Source: Bdellovibrionales bacterium (lineage in GTDB: Bacteria > Bdellovibrionota > Bdellovibrionia > Bdellovibrionales > UBA840). Taken from it: a stretch of DNA of 37,574 nucleotides. Location: positions 1 to 37,574 of the forward strand of contig JBBKWS010000058.1 of assembly GCA_037969075.1 (NCBI GenBank). Direction: 5' to 3'. Each line of letters opens with the position of its first letter. The stretch's first letter is position 1. Of this stretch, positions 27,669 to 36,315 are shown piece after piece. The position numbers and the translations under genes are program-made. The notes under the pieces are model-generated. The model did not search any database, was not told the DNA's origin, and was given only the letters and a program-made list of their open reading frames with translations.

Positions 27669-28201
27669 CAGAAAACCGGTCTCTCTATTTAAATATACTA
27701 TTGCACTTTTTATTTTTGTGGGTTTTGACAGCCATTCAAAGCGGGTTGTGGTATAAACTATTGGGTGGTTTTCCGCCGCCATTTTTTTGGGTACTTTTTT
27801 TATCCTATATTTCAATCTACAGAAAAGCGAAAGATCTAATTCTTTTAGGCATCGTAGGATTTTTTCTTTTGATGCATTTTACAATTGCACCATATGCGCT
27901 GGTATTCCTGATTTCATTTATTCTTATTCTGCTTTTACAAAAAGCTAAGCATCGAGTTTTTTGGCCTGGCCCCACCTACTACTTAGCAGCCAGCTCTGTC
28001 GCAAGTTTAGCTTTTATAATATTGTATTACTTTATCTCCTGGAGTTTTGAAGAAGCAGGTTTTGCTAAAGTTCGCTGGTTGTTCTTATTTTTACAATGGC
28101 TTTTGACCACTCTGATTTCACCATTTCTATATTTTCTATATCAATATATAGATAAGTGGACAGGTAAAGAGCAGATCATACCAATGGAAGACATGCTATG
28201 A
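27665..28201 (+). CDS. mreD: MreD-like membrane protein
   Basis: Five TM segments; ATGA overlaps with mreC and mrdA. Confidence 0.7.
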   Translation: MTENRSLYLNILLHFLFLWVLTAIQSGLWYKLLGGFPPPFFWVLFLSYISIYRKAKDLILLGIVGFFLLMHFTIAPYALVFLISFILILLLQKAKHRVFWPGPTYYLAASSVASLAFIILYYFISWSFEEAGFAKVRWLFLFLQWLLTTLISPFLYFLYQYIDKWTGKEQIIPMEDML

Positions 28202-30180
28202 ATTGGCGCGTAAGCACTCCTCAAGATGAAGTTAAAGAGTATAGCGACAGATATAAATTTATATATATCCTACTTGCCGTCTCATTAGGAATTTTTTTAA
28301 TGCGTCTTTGGTATTTACAAATTTTCAGAGGCACGGAGTTTCGCTATTATTCTGAACAGAACTTAATTAAATTTCAAAAAATGATGGCGCCTCGTGGACG
28401 CATACTTGATCGCAATGGCGTAGTCTTAGTAGACAACTATCCAGGTTTTGAGGCCACTATTACCCCGCAATACGTACAAGACTTAGAAGGAACCGCTCTT
28501 GCTGTATCTAAAATTTTAAATATTCCAGATAAACATATAGTCCGTCTTGTACAAAAAGGCGCAAAAGAAGAGGGTCGCTATCGGTCTGTGCGCATTAAAG
28601 AAAATCTGACACGTGATGAGGTGGCAAGAGTTGAACGAATTCGCCTAGATTACCCTGGCCTTGACGTAAATATGTTTATCAAGCGCTCTTATCCTTACCA
28701 TGAGATCGGCGCGCAGCTTTTAGGTTATGTGGCCGAGATTTCTAGGTCACAACTACCTGTATTAAACAGAAAGCTTCCAGACGATAAAAAATTCAAGCAA
28801 GGTGATATACTTGGAAAATCAGGAATTGAGCAAACATACGACGACGGTTTAAGAGGAATTGACGGGCTAAGTTTCGTACAAGTAGATGCAAGAGGAAGAA
28901 TTGCAAATATAAAAGATAGTGGGCTACTAACTGCCCTACCTTCAAAACAAGAACCAACTCCAGGAAATAACTTAAAACTAACAATAGATGCTGACTTACA
29001 AAATGCTGCATACAAAGCATTTCAAGACAAAGAGTTCATTGGTGGACTGGTCGCTATTGACCCTAATAATGGAGAAATCTTATCTTGGATTAGCGCACCT
29101 TCTTATGACCCAAATACATTTTCAACGGGCATCTCGCAAAAATTATGGGCTGAACTGACTAACGATCCATTTAAGCCATTAAGAAATAAAGTGATTCAAG
29201 ATCACTACGCCCCAGGCTCTACATTTAAAACATTTGTAGCTTTAGCGGCCTTACAAGAAAAGATTATTACTTCTAACACCACTGAGTATTGCCCCGGTTA
29301 CATTCAGTTCGGTAGAAAACGATACCATTGCTGGTCAAGATCAGGTCACGGGAATGTTAATATTTATCAAGCGCTCGAGCAATCTTGTAACGTATTTTTT
29401 TATAAGCTTGGGATAAAACTAGGAATAGACAACATAGCAAAATACGCCTCTGCACTTGGTATTGGTAAAAAAACTGACGTTGAAGTTAAAAACGAAGTCT
29501 CTGGCCTGATGCCTACTACTAAATGGAAAGAAGATCAGTTCGGAGAGCCGTGGCAACCAGGAGAGAACTTAAGTAATGCTATTGGACAAGGGTTTGTCCT
29601 TACAACTCCACTACAGTTAGCCTTAGCGTATGGCAGCATAGGTGCCGAGGGTCCTTACTACAAGCCTCACATTATACGAGAAGTTTTAGATCCTGATGAA
29701 AAAGTTATCAGAGAAGTAAAACCTGAGCTCGTAATGGACTCATCTCAGCCAGGTCCTGACGGAAAACCTTTGATTTCAAAAAGTACATTTAAAATCATCA
29801 AAGACTCTTTATTTAAAGTTACTAACGGTGAAAGAGGAACTGCTAAGTGGTATAAAATCCCTGGAATAGAGTACGCCGGTAAAACTGGGACCGTACAAAA
29901 CTTTGGCCTATCTGCAGATCAAATTTATACTAAGTGTGAAACCAGACCTCTTAGACAAAGACATCATGGTTGGTTTGTTGCCTATGCTCCGGCCGACAAT
30001 CCTAAGATTGCCATTGCGGTTCTTGCTGAACATGCCTGTCATGGCTCAAGCGCAGCTCCAGTGGTAAGAGATGTGATGCTGGCTTATTTTAAAAAATACC
30101 ACCCTGAACTACTCGAAACGAAAGAGCTACATAAAATTGTTGCTCCTAAGGCTACGCCTCAACCCAACATTGAGGAATAG
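28198..30180 (+). CDS. mrdA: Penicillin-binding protein 2
   Basis: APRGRILDRNG, GKSGIE, catalytic motifs STFK, SCN and KTGT. Confidence 0.96.
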   Translation: MNWRVSTPQDEVKEYSDRYKFIYILLAVSLGIFLMRLWYLQIFRGTEFRYYSEQNLIKFQKMMAPRGRILDRNGVVLVDNYPGFEATITPQYVQDLEGTALAVSKILNIPDKHIVRLVQKGAKEEGRYRSVRIKENLTRDEVARVERIRLDYPGLDVNMFIKRSYPYHEIGAQLLGYVAEISRSQLPVLNRKLPDDKKFKQGDILGKSGIEQTYDDGLRGIDGLSFVQVDARGRIANIKDSGLLTALPSKQEPTPGNNLKLTIDADLQNAAYKAFQDKEFIGGLVAIDPNNGEILSWISAPSYDPNTFSTGISQKLWAELTNDPFKPLRNKVIQDHYAPGSTFKTFVALAALQEKIITSNTTEYCPGYIQFGRKRYHCWSRSGHGNVNIYQALEQSCNVFFYKLGIKLGIDNIAKYASALGIGKKTDVEVKNEVSGLMPTTKWKEDQFGEPWQPGENLSNAIGQGFVLTTPLQLALAYGSIGAEGPYYKPHIIREVLDPDEKVIREVKPELVMDSSQPGPDGKPLISKSTFKIIKDSLFKVTNGERGTAKWYKIPGIEYAGKTGTVQNFGLSADQIYTKCETRPLRQRHHGWFVAYAPADNPKIAIAVLAEHACHGSSAAPVVRDVMLAYFKKYHPELLETKELHKIVAPKATPQPNIEE

Positions 30181-30188
30181 GAATACAT

Positions 30189-31292
30189 ATGCAAATAGAA
30201 TCCAGAACCATCTTTAAGCGCTTCGACATTAACTTTGCACTAATTATTTTAGCACTTAATATTATAGGCCTTATCAATGTTTATAGTGCGACCCATGATC
30301 ACGGAGAGTTTAGTCGTACCTTCGCGATGCAAGTGGTGTGGATCATATTAGGTTGGATATTTTTTTTAGCCCTGAGTTTTATGGATTATAAGTTTTTAAG
30401 TAAACTCGCAATTCCTTTCTGGCTCTTTAATATTGTTATGCTAATCCTCGTAACCTTTAAGGGAAAAACCGTTTACGGAGCAAAGCGTTGGCTAGATTTA
30501 GGCTTCTTTGCCTATCAACCCTCTGAGACTATGAAACTAGCAATGGTTTTAATTTTAGCTACCATCTTGCAAAAAAAGAATTCTATTCAAGGTTTAGGGT
30601 TTAGAGATTTAATTGTCCCCATGTTTTTTACCGCTATACCATTTTTCATCATCGTTAAACAACCAGATCTTGGAACAGGGTTAATGTTGGCAGCCATATC
30701 TGTCAGCATGGTCTTATTTGCAAAAATTCGCAAAGGCCCCCTTATCACAGCCATTGTTGCTGTTATGATAGCCCTGCCGGCGGTGTGGTCCTTTGGCTTA
30801 AAGCCCTATCAAAAGGATCGTGTATTTACTTTCTTAGATCCAGGCAGAGATCCTAGAGGAGCAGGCTATAACAGTATTCAGTCAAAAATTGCAGTGGGAA
30901 GCGGGGAAACTTTTGGCAAAGGTTTTTTAAAAGGAACACAGGCTCAGTTTGATTTTTTACCTGAACGACATACAGATTTTATCTACAGTGTATTGAGTGA
31001 AGAACATGGTTTTATAGGAAGCGTATTCACACTACTCTTATTTATGGTCTTATTCATTATGTGCATCCGAATCGCCACTAATGCTAGGGATAAGTTTGGA
31101 GCCCTACTAGTTATAGGTTTTTCTAGTTATATATTTTGGCATATGTTTGTAAATATAGGAATGGTTTGCGGACTGTTACCAATTGTGGGTGTACCACTTC
31201 CGCTCATTTCTTATGGTGGAACTGGTATGCTCTCTATTATGATTGGCCTTGGAGCTATATCCTCGGTGTCATACAGACGCTATTTATTTTAA
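30189..31292 (+). CDS. rodA: SEDS glycosyltransferase RodA
   Basis: GAKRWL, QPSE, QPDLGT, GYNSIQSKIAVGSG, LPERHTDFI, PLISYGGT. Confidence 0.96.
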   Translation: MQIESRTIFKRFDINFALIILALNIIGLINVYSATHDHGEFSRTFAMQVVWIILGWIFFLALSFMDYKFLSKLAIPFWLFNIVMLILVTFKGKTVYGAKRWLDLGFFAYQPSETMKLAMVLILATILQKKNSIQGLGFRDLIVPMFFTAIPFFIIVKQPDLGTGLMLAAISVSMVLFAKIRKGPLITAIVAVMIALPAVWSFGLKPYQKDRVFTFLDPGRDPRGAGYNSIQSKIAVGSGETFGKGFLKGTQAQFDFLPERHTDFIYSVLSEEHGFIGSVFTLLLFMVLFIMCIRIATNARDKFGALLVIGFSSYIFWHMFVNIGMVCGLLPIVGVPLPLISYGGTGMLSIMIGLGAISSVSYRRYLF

Positions 31293-31828
31293 TGTAACAA
31301 CGATCTCTTTTTACTGAAAAGTGTGATTACAACAATTCCTACGGCCACAAGATACCATGTGGCTAAATAACTTGGTGACATAAATACCTCAGCATTAGCT
31401 GCATCAGGCTTTCTCATCACTATAAATACTAATAGATACACTAATGGCGGAAGTGCAATGCTAACAAGTGGCTTAGTACGCAAAACCCTCATTTCAGCAC
31501 GACTTAATACAAACACACTTATTAAAGAGGACGCTCCGATAAAAATACTTGCACAAAGGGCCGCACATGCCCAATCTCCATAAGCCATTACAGAGTGTAT
31601 AAAATGATGTCCACTCATCTTTGTAAGGCTCACACCAAATTGCGGGCATACAAAAAGAGTCGCAACACCAGCTACCAGTTGGCTCAAAATAAACTTTTGA
31701 AATGTAGTAGAAAATGCTGGCTCTAAGTCTTTTTTAATTTGCTGCAGCACTTTTGATGTAAGAGATAAAGGAGCTCTAATGCTAGAGTTCATAAAATCTG
31801 TAAATTGTGCAAACCACTTACGCTTCAT
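31289..31828 (-). CDS. Putative membrane anti-sigma factor (Cys/His-rich)
   Basis: Overlaps the ECF stop; N-terminal soluble helix, about four TM segments, CPQFG, HHFIH, CAALC. Confidence 0.6.
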   Translation of the reverse strand: MKRKWFAQFTDFMNSSIRAPLSLTSKVLQQIKKDLEPAFSTTFQKFILSQLVAGVATLFVCPQFGVSLTKMSGHHFIHSVMAYGDWACAALCASIFIGASSLISVFVLSRAEMRVLRTKPLVSIALPPLVYLLVFIVMRKPDAANAEVFMSPSYLATWYLVAVGIVVITLFSKKRSLLH

Positions 31829-32348
31829 TTTTTTCTCCTAGGACCAATTTTCTTAATTTAATTACTCCCCTGCTTACAATCTTCCTTACATTAGATTCTT
31901 TTATATTTAATTTTTTAGCTATTTCTTCAAAGTCCAAGTCTTCAATGTATCTAAGTTCAATCATCTGCTTATAATTTTCTGGTAAACTTTCAATCATCGC
32001 TTTGATATCCCACTTTTCATCATCAACCTTTACTTCTTCTGACAATGTATCCACTACGATCTCTATTTTATCCATGGGGATGTCTTTTTTTAGCCGGTAC
32101 CAGTCTATCAACACATTTCTAGAAATCGTAAACAACCATGGGGCAAACAGTAAACTAGGGTCATATTTCTCCCTGTTTTCATGCAATTTTAAAAATATCT
32201 TTTGGTACAAATCCTCGACTACATCGTTTGTATTAAGCCGCTTCTTTAAATACGCGTAAACCCTTGAAGTATACCTACTATATAGCTCTTCAAAAGCCTG
32301 CAAATTACCATTTTGATACAGTACCATCAATTTTTCATCAGTTTGCAA
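31818..32348 (-). CDS. ECF RNA polymerase sigma factor (TTG start)
   Basis: Region 2 (AFEELY, EDLYQKIF, PWLFTISRNVLID) and region 4 (LPENY...EEIA...SNVRKIVSRG); 176 aa with no extension. Confidence 0.93.
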   Translation of the reverse strand: MQTDEKLMVLYQNGNLQAFEELYSRYTSRVYAYLKKRLNTNDVVEDLYQKIFLKLHENREKYDPSLLFAPWLFTISRNVLIDWYRLKKDIPMDKIEIVVDTLSEEVKVDDEKWDIKAMIESLPENYKQMIELRYIEDLDFEEIAKKLNIKESNVRKIVSRGVIKLRKLVLGEKNEA

Positions 32349-32371
32349 ACGTACGTCCTGTTACAAGTTAC

Positions 32372-32424
32372 TACGGAACAGCCTTTTAAATTGTGACATG
32401 TCACAAAATAAATTTTAGCCCGTA
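32372..32424. promoter_or_regulatory. Two divergent ECF-type promoters sharing palindrome TTGTGACATGTCACAA (32391-32406)
   Basis: Minus: TGTCACA(32398-32392)-N16-CGTA(32375-32372). Plus: TGTCACA(32399-32405)-N15-CGTA(32421-32424). Confidence 0.7.
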
Positions 32425-32452
32425 TAAAGGGTAGAAACAACACGGGAATGAT

Positions 32453-33079
32453 ATGACTAAAAAAATATTGCTACTTTTATTACTACTGACCCCCCATTTA
32501 GGCTATGCCCACCCGGTAAGTTATGAGGGCTCATTTATGCTGGGCAGTCAAAATTCTAACGATATGGGAAGGCAACTTATTATATACTCTCAAAAGTATT
32601 GGTTGGGGTACGGGGCTAGCTTTAATCGTTTTGAAGACGACCAGGTATATGCGTCCCAACTTAGTCTATTGGCTAAACGTTGGAACTTACCCGCAGCTCA
32701 AGCCAATATCTATGTATTTGGTGGCTATGGGATGTTAGAGCAAGAAGACAAACGAACCAGTGGGATTGCACATTATGGAACGCAAATAGACTATGAAACC
32801 AGAGAAATATTTACTGCTTTTAAATACCATAGGTTTGATAATTATGATGAATTCAACAGAGATAACTATGCGGTACAAGCAGGCTTTGCCCCATTTTTAG
32901 CAGATTACAACGACCTAAATGTATGGCTTATCGGTGAGCTAGCTTACCACCCAGATACTCTACGAAATGGAGTGGGCGCAGTACTATTACGATTCTTTTA
33001 CAAAAATGTATATTGGGAAATGGGCTCCTCTTTTGAGGGAGGACCAATATTTAACTTTATGTTGCACTATAACCCTTAG
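32453..33079 (+). CDS. Putative outer-membrane beta-barrel protein with mature N-terminal His
   Basis: Signal peptide GYA|HPVSY, aromatic amphipathic strands, C-terminal FNFMLHY. Confidence 0.65.
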   Translation: MTKKILLLLLLLTPHLGYAHPVSYEGSFMLGSQNSNDMGRQLIIYSQKYWLGYGASFNRFEDDQVYASQLSLLAKRWNLPAAQANIYVFGGYGMLEQEDKRTSGIAHYGTQIDYETREIFTAFKYHRFDNYDEFNRDNYAVQAGFAPFLADYNDLNVWLIGELAYHPDTLRNGVGAVLLRFFYKNVYWEMGSSFEGGPIFNFMLHYNP

Positions 33080-33088
33080 GGAGGAAAA

Positions 33089-33358
33089 ATGAATTCATTT
33101 ATTTTATTACTAATAAGTCAGCTCACTTTCGCAGGACAAATTCATGTCGGTGTAAATGGGATGGTCTGTGCGTTTTGCGCAAACGGAATAGAGAAAACGT
33201 TTAAAAAAGAAGCTTCCGTTGAAAAGGTAGATGTGGACTTAGAAAAAAAGATAGTTAGCATTACAACCAAAAAAGATAAAGATATCTCAGATGATCATTT
33301 AAAAGAATTAATCACAAAAGCGGGCTATACTATTACAACGATTCATCGAGAAAAATAA
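33089..33358 (+). CDS. Periplasmic heavy-metal-associated (HMA; MerP/CopZ-like) protein
   Basis: Signal peptide followed by GMVCAFC (GM-x-C-x-x-C) and AGY; SD GGAGG. Confidence 0.9.
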   Translation: MNSFILLLISQLTFAGQIHVGVNGMVCAFCANGIEKTFKKEASVEKVDVDLEKKIVSITTKKDKDISDDHLKELITKAGYTITTIHREK

Positions 33359-33370
33359 AGGACGAACAAT

Positions 33371-33733
33371 ATGAAAAAAGCGCTACACTTTTTTAATTTG
33401 TTTTCTAGCACAGCAACACTTATTTGCTGTGCTATTCCGGCCCTTCTTGTTGTACTGGGATTAGGTGCGACGCTGGCGAGCTTCCTAACTTATTTTCCTC
33501 AACTTATCTGGCTTTCAGAACATAAGGTCTTGGTTTTTGCGATATCAGGAACATTACTCTTAGCTTCACATGTTGTGCAGTTTTACACTAAACCCTTAGA
33601 CTGCCCTATAGATGAAAAAGGCGTAGCATGCAAAGAGACCAGAGGTAGTTCAAAAATCATACTCTGGCTTGCCACCCTAATTTGGATGATAGGCTTTGGT
33701 TTTGCTTATATCTTACCTTTATTGGATTTGTAG
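33371..33733 (+). CDS. MerT-like small inner-membrane metal transporter
   Basis: Vicinal Cys in TM1 (LICCAIP), second Cys pair in a loop (DCPIDEKGVAC), three TM segments. Confidence 0.75.
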   Translation: MKKALHFFNLFSSTATLICCAIPALLVVLGLGATLASFLTYFPQLIWLSEHKVLVFAISGTLLLASHVVQFYTKPLDCPIDEKGVACKETRGSSKIILWLATLIWMIGFGFAYILPLLDL

Positions 33734-33761
33734 CGCCCACAGACTGAGCGCTACATTTATT
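33729..33761. terminator. Hairpin between convergent MerT-like and S8 genes
   Basis: TGTAGCGC-CCACAGACTGA-GCGCTACA followed by TTTATT. Confidence 0.6.
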
Positions 33762-33762
33762 A

Positions 33763-35235
33763 CTACTCTACGGCAATCGCTGCTTTTACTGCCGCGTACA
33801 CATCGATAATTCCATACCCAAACGTGTTGTTAGGAACGGCATTAACATCTTCACCGCAAGATACACTTGCTGCAGTTGCTCTTGCCGTTTGATAAATCAA
33901 ATCTCTAGTTTTTGCCACTTGCCCAATTAACTTTGGATTTGCTGACCACATAAGGGCTACTTGTCCAGCCACATGAGGACCAGCCATGGATGTTCCACTC
34001 CAACCAAACTGTGCATAACCACCTCCTGGAATCGAAGATCTAATATTTACACCAGGCGCTGCTACTCCTGGTCCAATAGCTCCATCAAAAGCAGAGGGAC
34101 CGCGACTAGAAAAACCAGCTATCTGTCCTGTCTGGTGATTCATAGCTCCAACAGACAATATGTTAGCTGAATTATGTGCTGGAGCATCCTTGATGGTGCC
34201 ACAACCAGAACCAGAGTTACCCGCAGAAACTACTACCATAATACCTGATTCCTCAAGGGCCTTAAGAACAGGAATAAACTCATCCCCTTCACAACCTTCA
34301 CTCGGAGGACAACCCCACGAGTTATTAATTACGTTTGGTGCTTTTGTAGTATCTCCGTCTGTCATTGCATTTCCGCCGATTGGATACGGAGCCAAAAAGA
34401 ACTCAAAGCACTCAATATAAGTTGCTGGTGTTCCATCTCCTGCGTCCATATTTCTACAAGCGATCCATTTAGCTTCAGGCGCTAAACCGATTTGATTATT
34501 GGCTCCATCAGCACCAACTATAGTTCCCATCGTATGACTGCCATGTTGATTGTCATCACAAGGGCTAGTAACATTACTACCGCAAGAGTTACTGCCACGG
34601 TTCGAGTGTACCGAATCATGCCAATTGTAGTTGTGATCCACTCCGCTAGTCATCGATCCACGATACTGAAGTATCAATGCTGGATGATTCCATTGCACAC
34701 CAGTGTCCTGACCTGCAACCACAACTCCTTGCCCCTTAACGCCAAGTTCATTCCAAACTCTATCAGCCTTTACGTAGGTGATACTTGATTCGACAGTCGT
34801 TATATCTTCAATTATTTTGGCGATACTTGGTTGTAAATCATCGTGTTTAATAGATGGATTGTAAGATACTTTTCTTACATCAGATCTCATAGATAGTTCA
34901 TTGATTAAACTGCTGTCGGCAGAGTCGATGGCAATTGCGTTAGTAACGTAAAACGCTTTATAAAATATATTTTTGGCATCTAAGAGCTCACGAATTGAAA
35001 CTTGTGACTGAAGAGCTGTCACTCTTAATAAATTATAAACCTGTTTATGTTTTTCACTGATTGTTAGACCTGCAGAGATTGTATTTAAATCCGCAGTCTC
35101 TTTCATGTAAACCAGCACAGGTATTTCAACAAATGCTTTTGCCGACATTTTATTTAATAAATGAGGCTGTATTTTTGTAGCATTCCCTTGAGCAGCCATC
35201 ACAACCGATGTGATGAGTAAAATTAATATATTCAT
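33763..35235 (-). CDS. Secreted S8 subtilisin-like serine protease (bacillopeptidase F-like) with propeptide
   Basis: Catalytic D (QDTG), H (HGSHTMG), oxyanion N (SAGNSG), S (GTSMAGPH); signal peptide; SD GGAGG. Confidence 0.95.
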   Translation of the reverse strand: MNILILLITSVVMAAQGNATKIQPHLLNKMSAKAFVEIPVLVYMKETADLNTISAGLTISEKHKQVYNLLRVTALQSQVSIRELLDAKNIFYKAFYVTNAIAIDSADSSLINELSMRSDVRKVSYNPSIKHDDLQPSIAKIIEDITTVESSITYVKADRVWNELGVKGQGVVVAGQDTGVQWNHPALILQYRGSMTSGVDHNYNWHDSVHSNRGSNSCGSNVTSPCDDNQHGSHTMGTIVGADGANNQIGLAPEAKWIACRNMDAGDGTPATYIECFEFFLAPYPIGGNAMTDGDTTKAPNVINNSWGCPPSEGCEGDEFIPVLKALEESGIMVVVSAGNSGSGCGTIKDAPAHNSANILSVGAMNHQTGQIAGFSSRGPSAFDGAIGPGVAAPGVNIRSSIPGGGYAQFGWSGTSMAGPHVAGQVALMWSANPKLIGQVAKTRDLIYQTARATAASVSCGEDVNAVPNNTFGYGIIDVYAAVKAAIAVE

Positions 35236-35382
35236 AGATCCCTCCGTAGTAGTAAAATTAAATGTCGGTATTAAGCTTTGTGCAATACATGTTCTGATCG
35301 CAGAGCGTCTGAAATTCTTACATTACCTGAAATCAGCTAAGATTCTTTTGTCTATTCAATTTATAATGAATAAGACTAAGTT

Positions 35383-36315
35383 ATGGCTACAATAACAATT
35401 ATTCTATGGCACTTACTGATCTCTACATCAATGGCTGATAGCGCTACATTGAACCAAAAAGATTTCTTACAAGCTCTTACAAATTCACAACCATCAAAAC
35501 ACGCAAGTGTAGAAATTAAAAAATACAATTATTTATTCATCGCAGGGTTTTTAAATGAGTTCTTACCGGCTTACTTTAGTGAGAACATTGAATACCTGCA
35601 CCAAGCCGGCACTGATAAAGAGCAGATTCATATTTATTACCCACCATCTAACGGAAGTTTGTATCAAAATTCCGACGCCATCGCAGCAGAACTAAAAAGA
35701 CTTAACAAAAATTCTCAAAAACCCTGGATTATTATCGCTCACAGTAAAGGTGGCTTTGAAGCACTTTTATTTGCTAGCAAACATACAAGCCTTTTTTTAG
35801 AATCCGTTAAGAGACTTTATATTGTACAGGCAGCCTTTGGAAGCCCCGTATCTGATTATGCAAACGGAGAAGGGCAAGCCATTGACTCAAATTTAGGATT
35901 GATAGCTACATGGAACTGTAATTTTGCACTTGGGGTTAGATACTTATTAGACAGCAAGATCAATCGAGGCATTTACGCTCTTACAACAAATCAGGCGCAA
36001 AGAACACTTAGGCATATGTGGCAATACTACGATGGAAATATTAAAAAAATTAGATCTAAGATTTCTTATGTAATCAGTAAAAGCCCAGCTTATAAAACAT
36101 CATACTTACTGTATTGTCCAAGCCACTACTTAGAAACGTATTACTCAGAAAATGATGGCCTAATTTTGCATGATGAGCAGTGGGTACCAGACACGGGTAC
36201 TTTATGGGCAGATCTTGAAATTGATCATACCGATACTTTTTTGTCTTTTCCAATAAGTAATACCTTCTCTAACTATCGAAATGCATTTATGAAACTCTTA
36301 ATTGAAGATCTTTAG
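35383..36315 (+). CDS. Secreted alpha/beta hydrolase (lipase/esterase-like)
   Basis: Nucleophile elbow AHSKGG, NDGLI, DH; signal peptide. Confidence 0.75.
   Translation: MATITIILWHLLISTSMADSATLNQKDFLQALTNSQPSKHASVEIKKYNYLFIAGFLNEFLPAYFSENIEYLHQAGTDKEQIHIYYPPSNGSLYQNSDAIAAELKRLNKNSQKPWIIIAHSKGGFEALLFASKHTSLFLESVKRLYIVQAAFGSPVSDYANGEGQAIDSNLGLIATWNCNFALGVRYLLDSKINRGIYALTTNQAQRTLRHMWQYYDGNIKKIRSKISYVISKSPAYKTSYLLYCPSHYLETYYSENDGLILHDEQWVPDTGTLWADLEIDHTDTFLSFPISNTFSNYRNAFMKLLIEDL

Noticed and set aside
33089..33733. Canonical mercury-resistance (mer) operon
   Set aside because: No merA, merR or transposon context in the window; metal specificity cannot be assigned.
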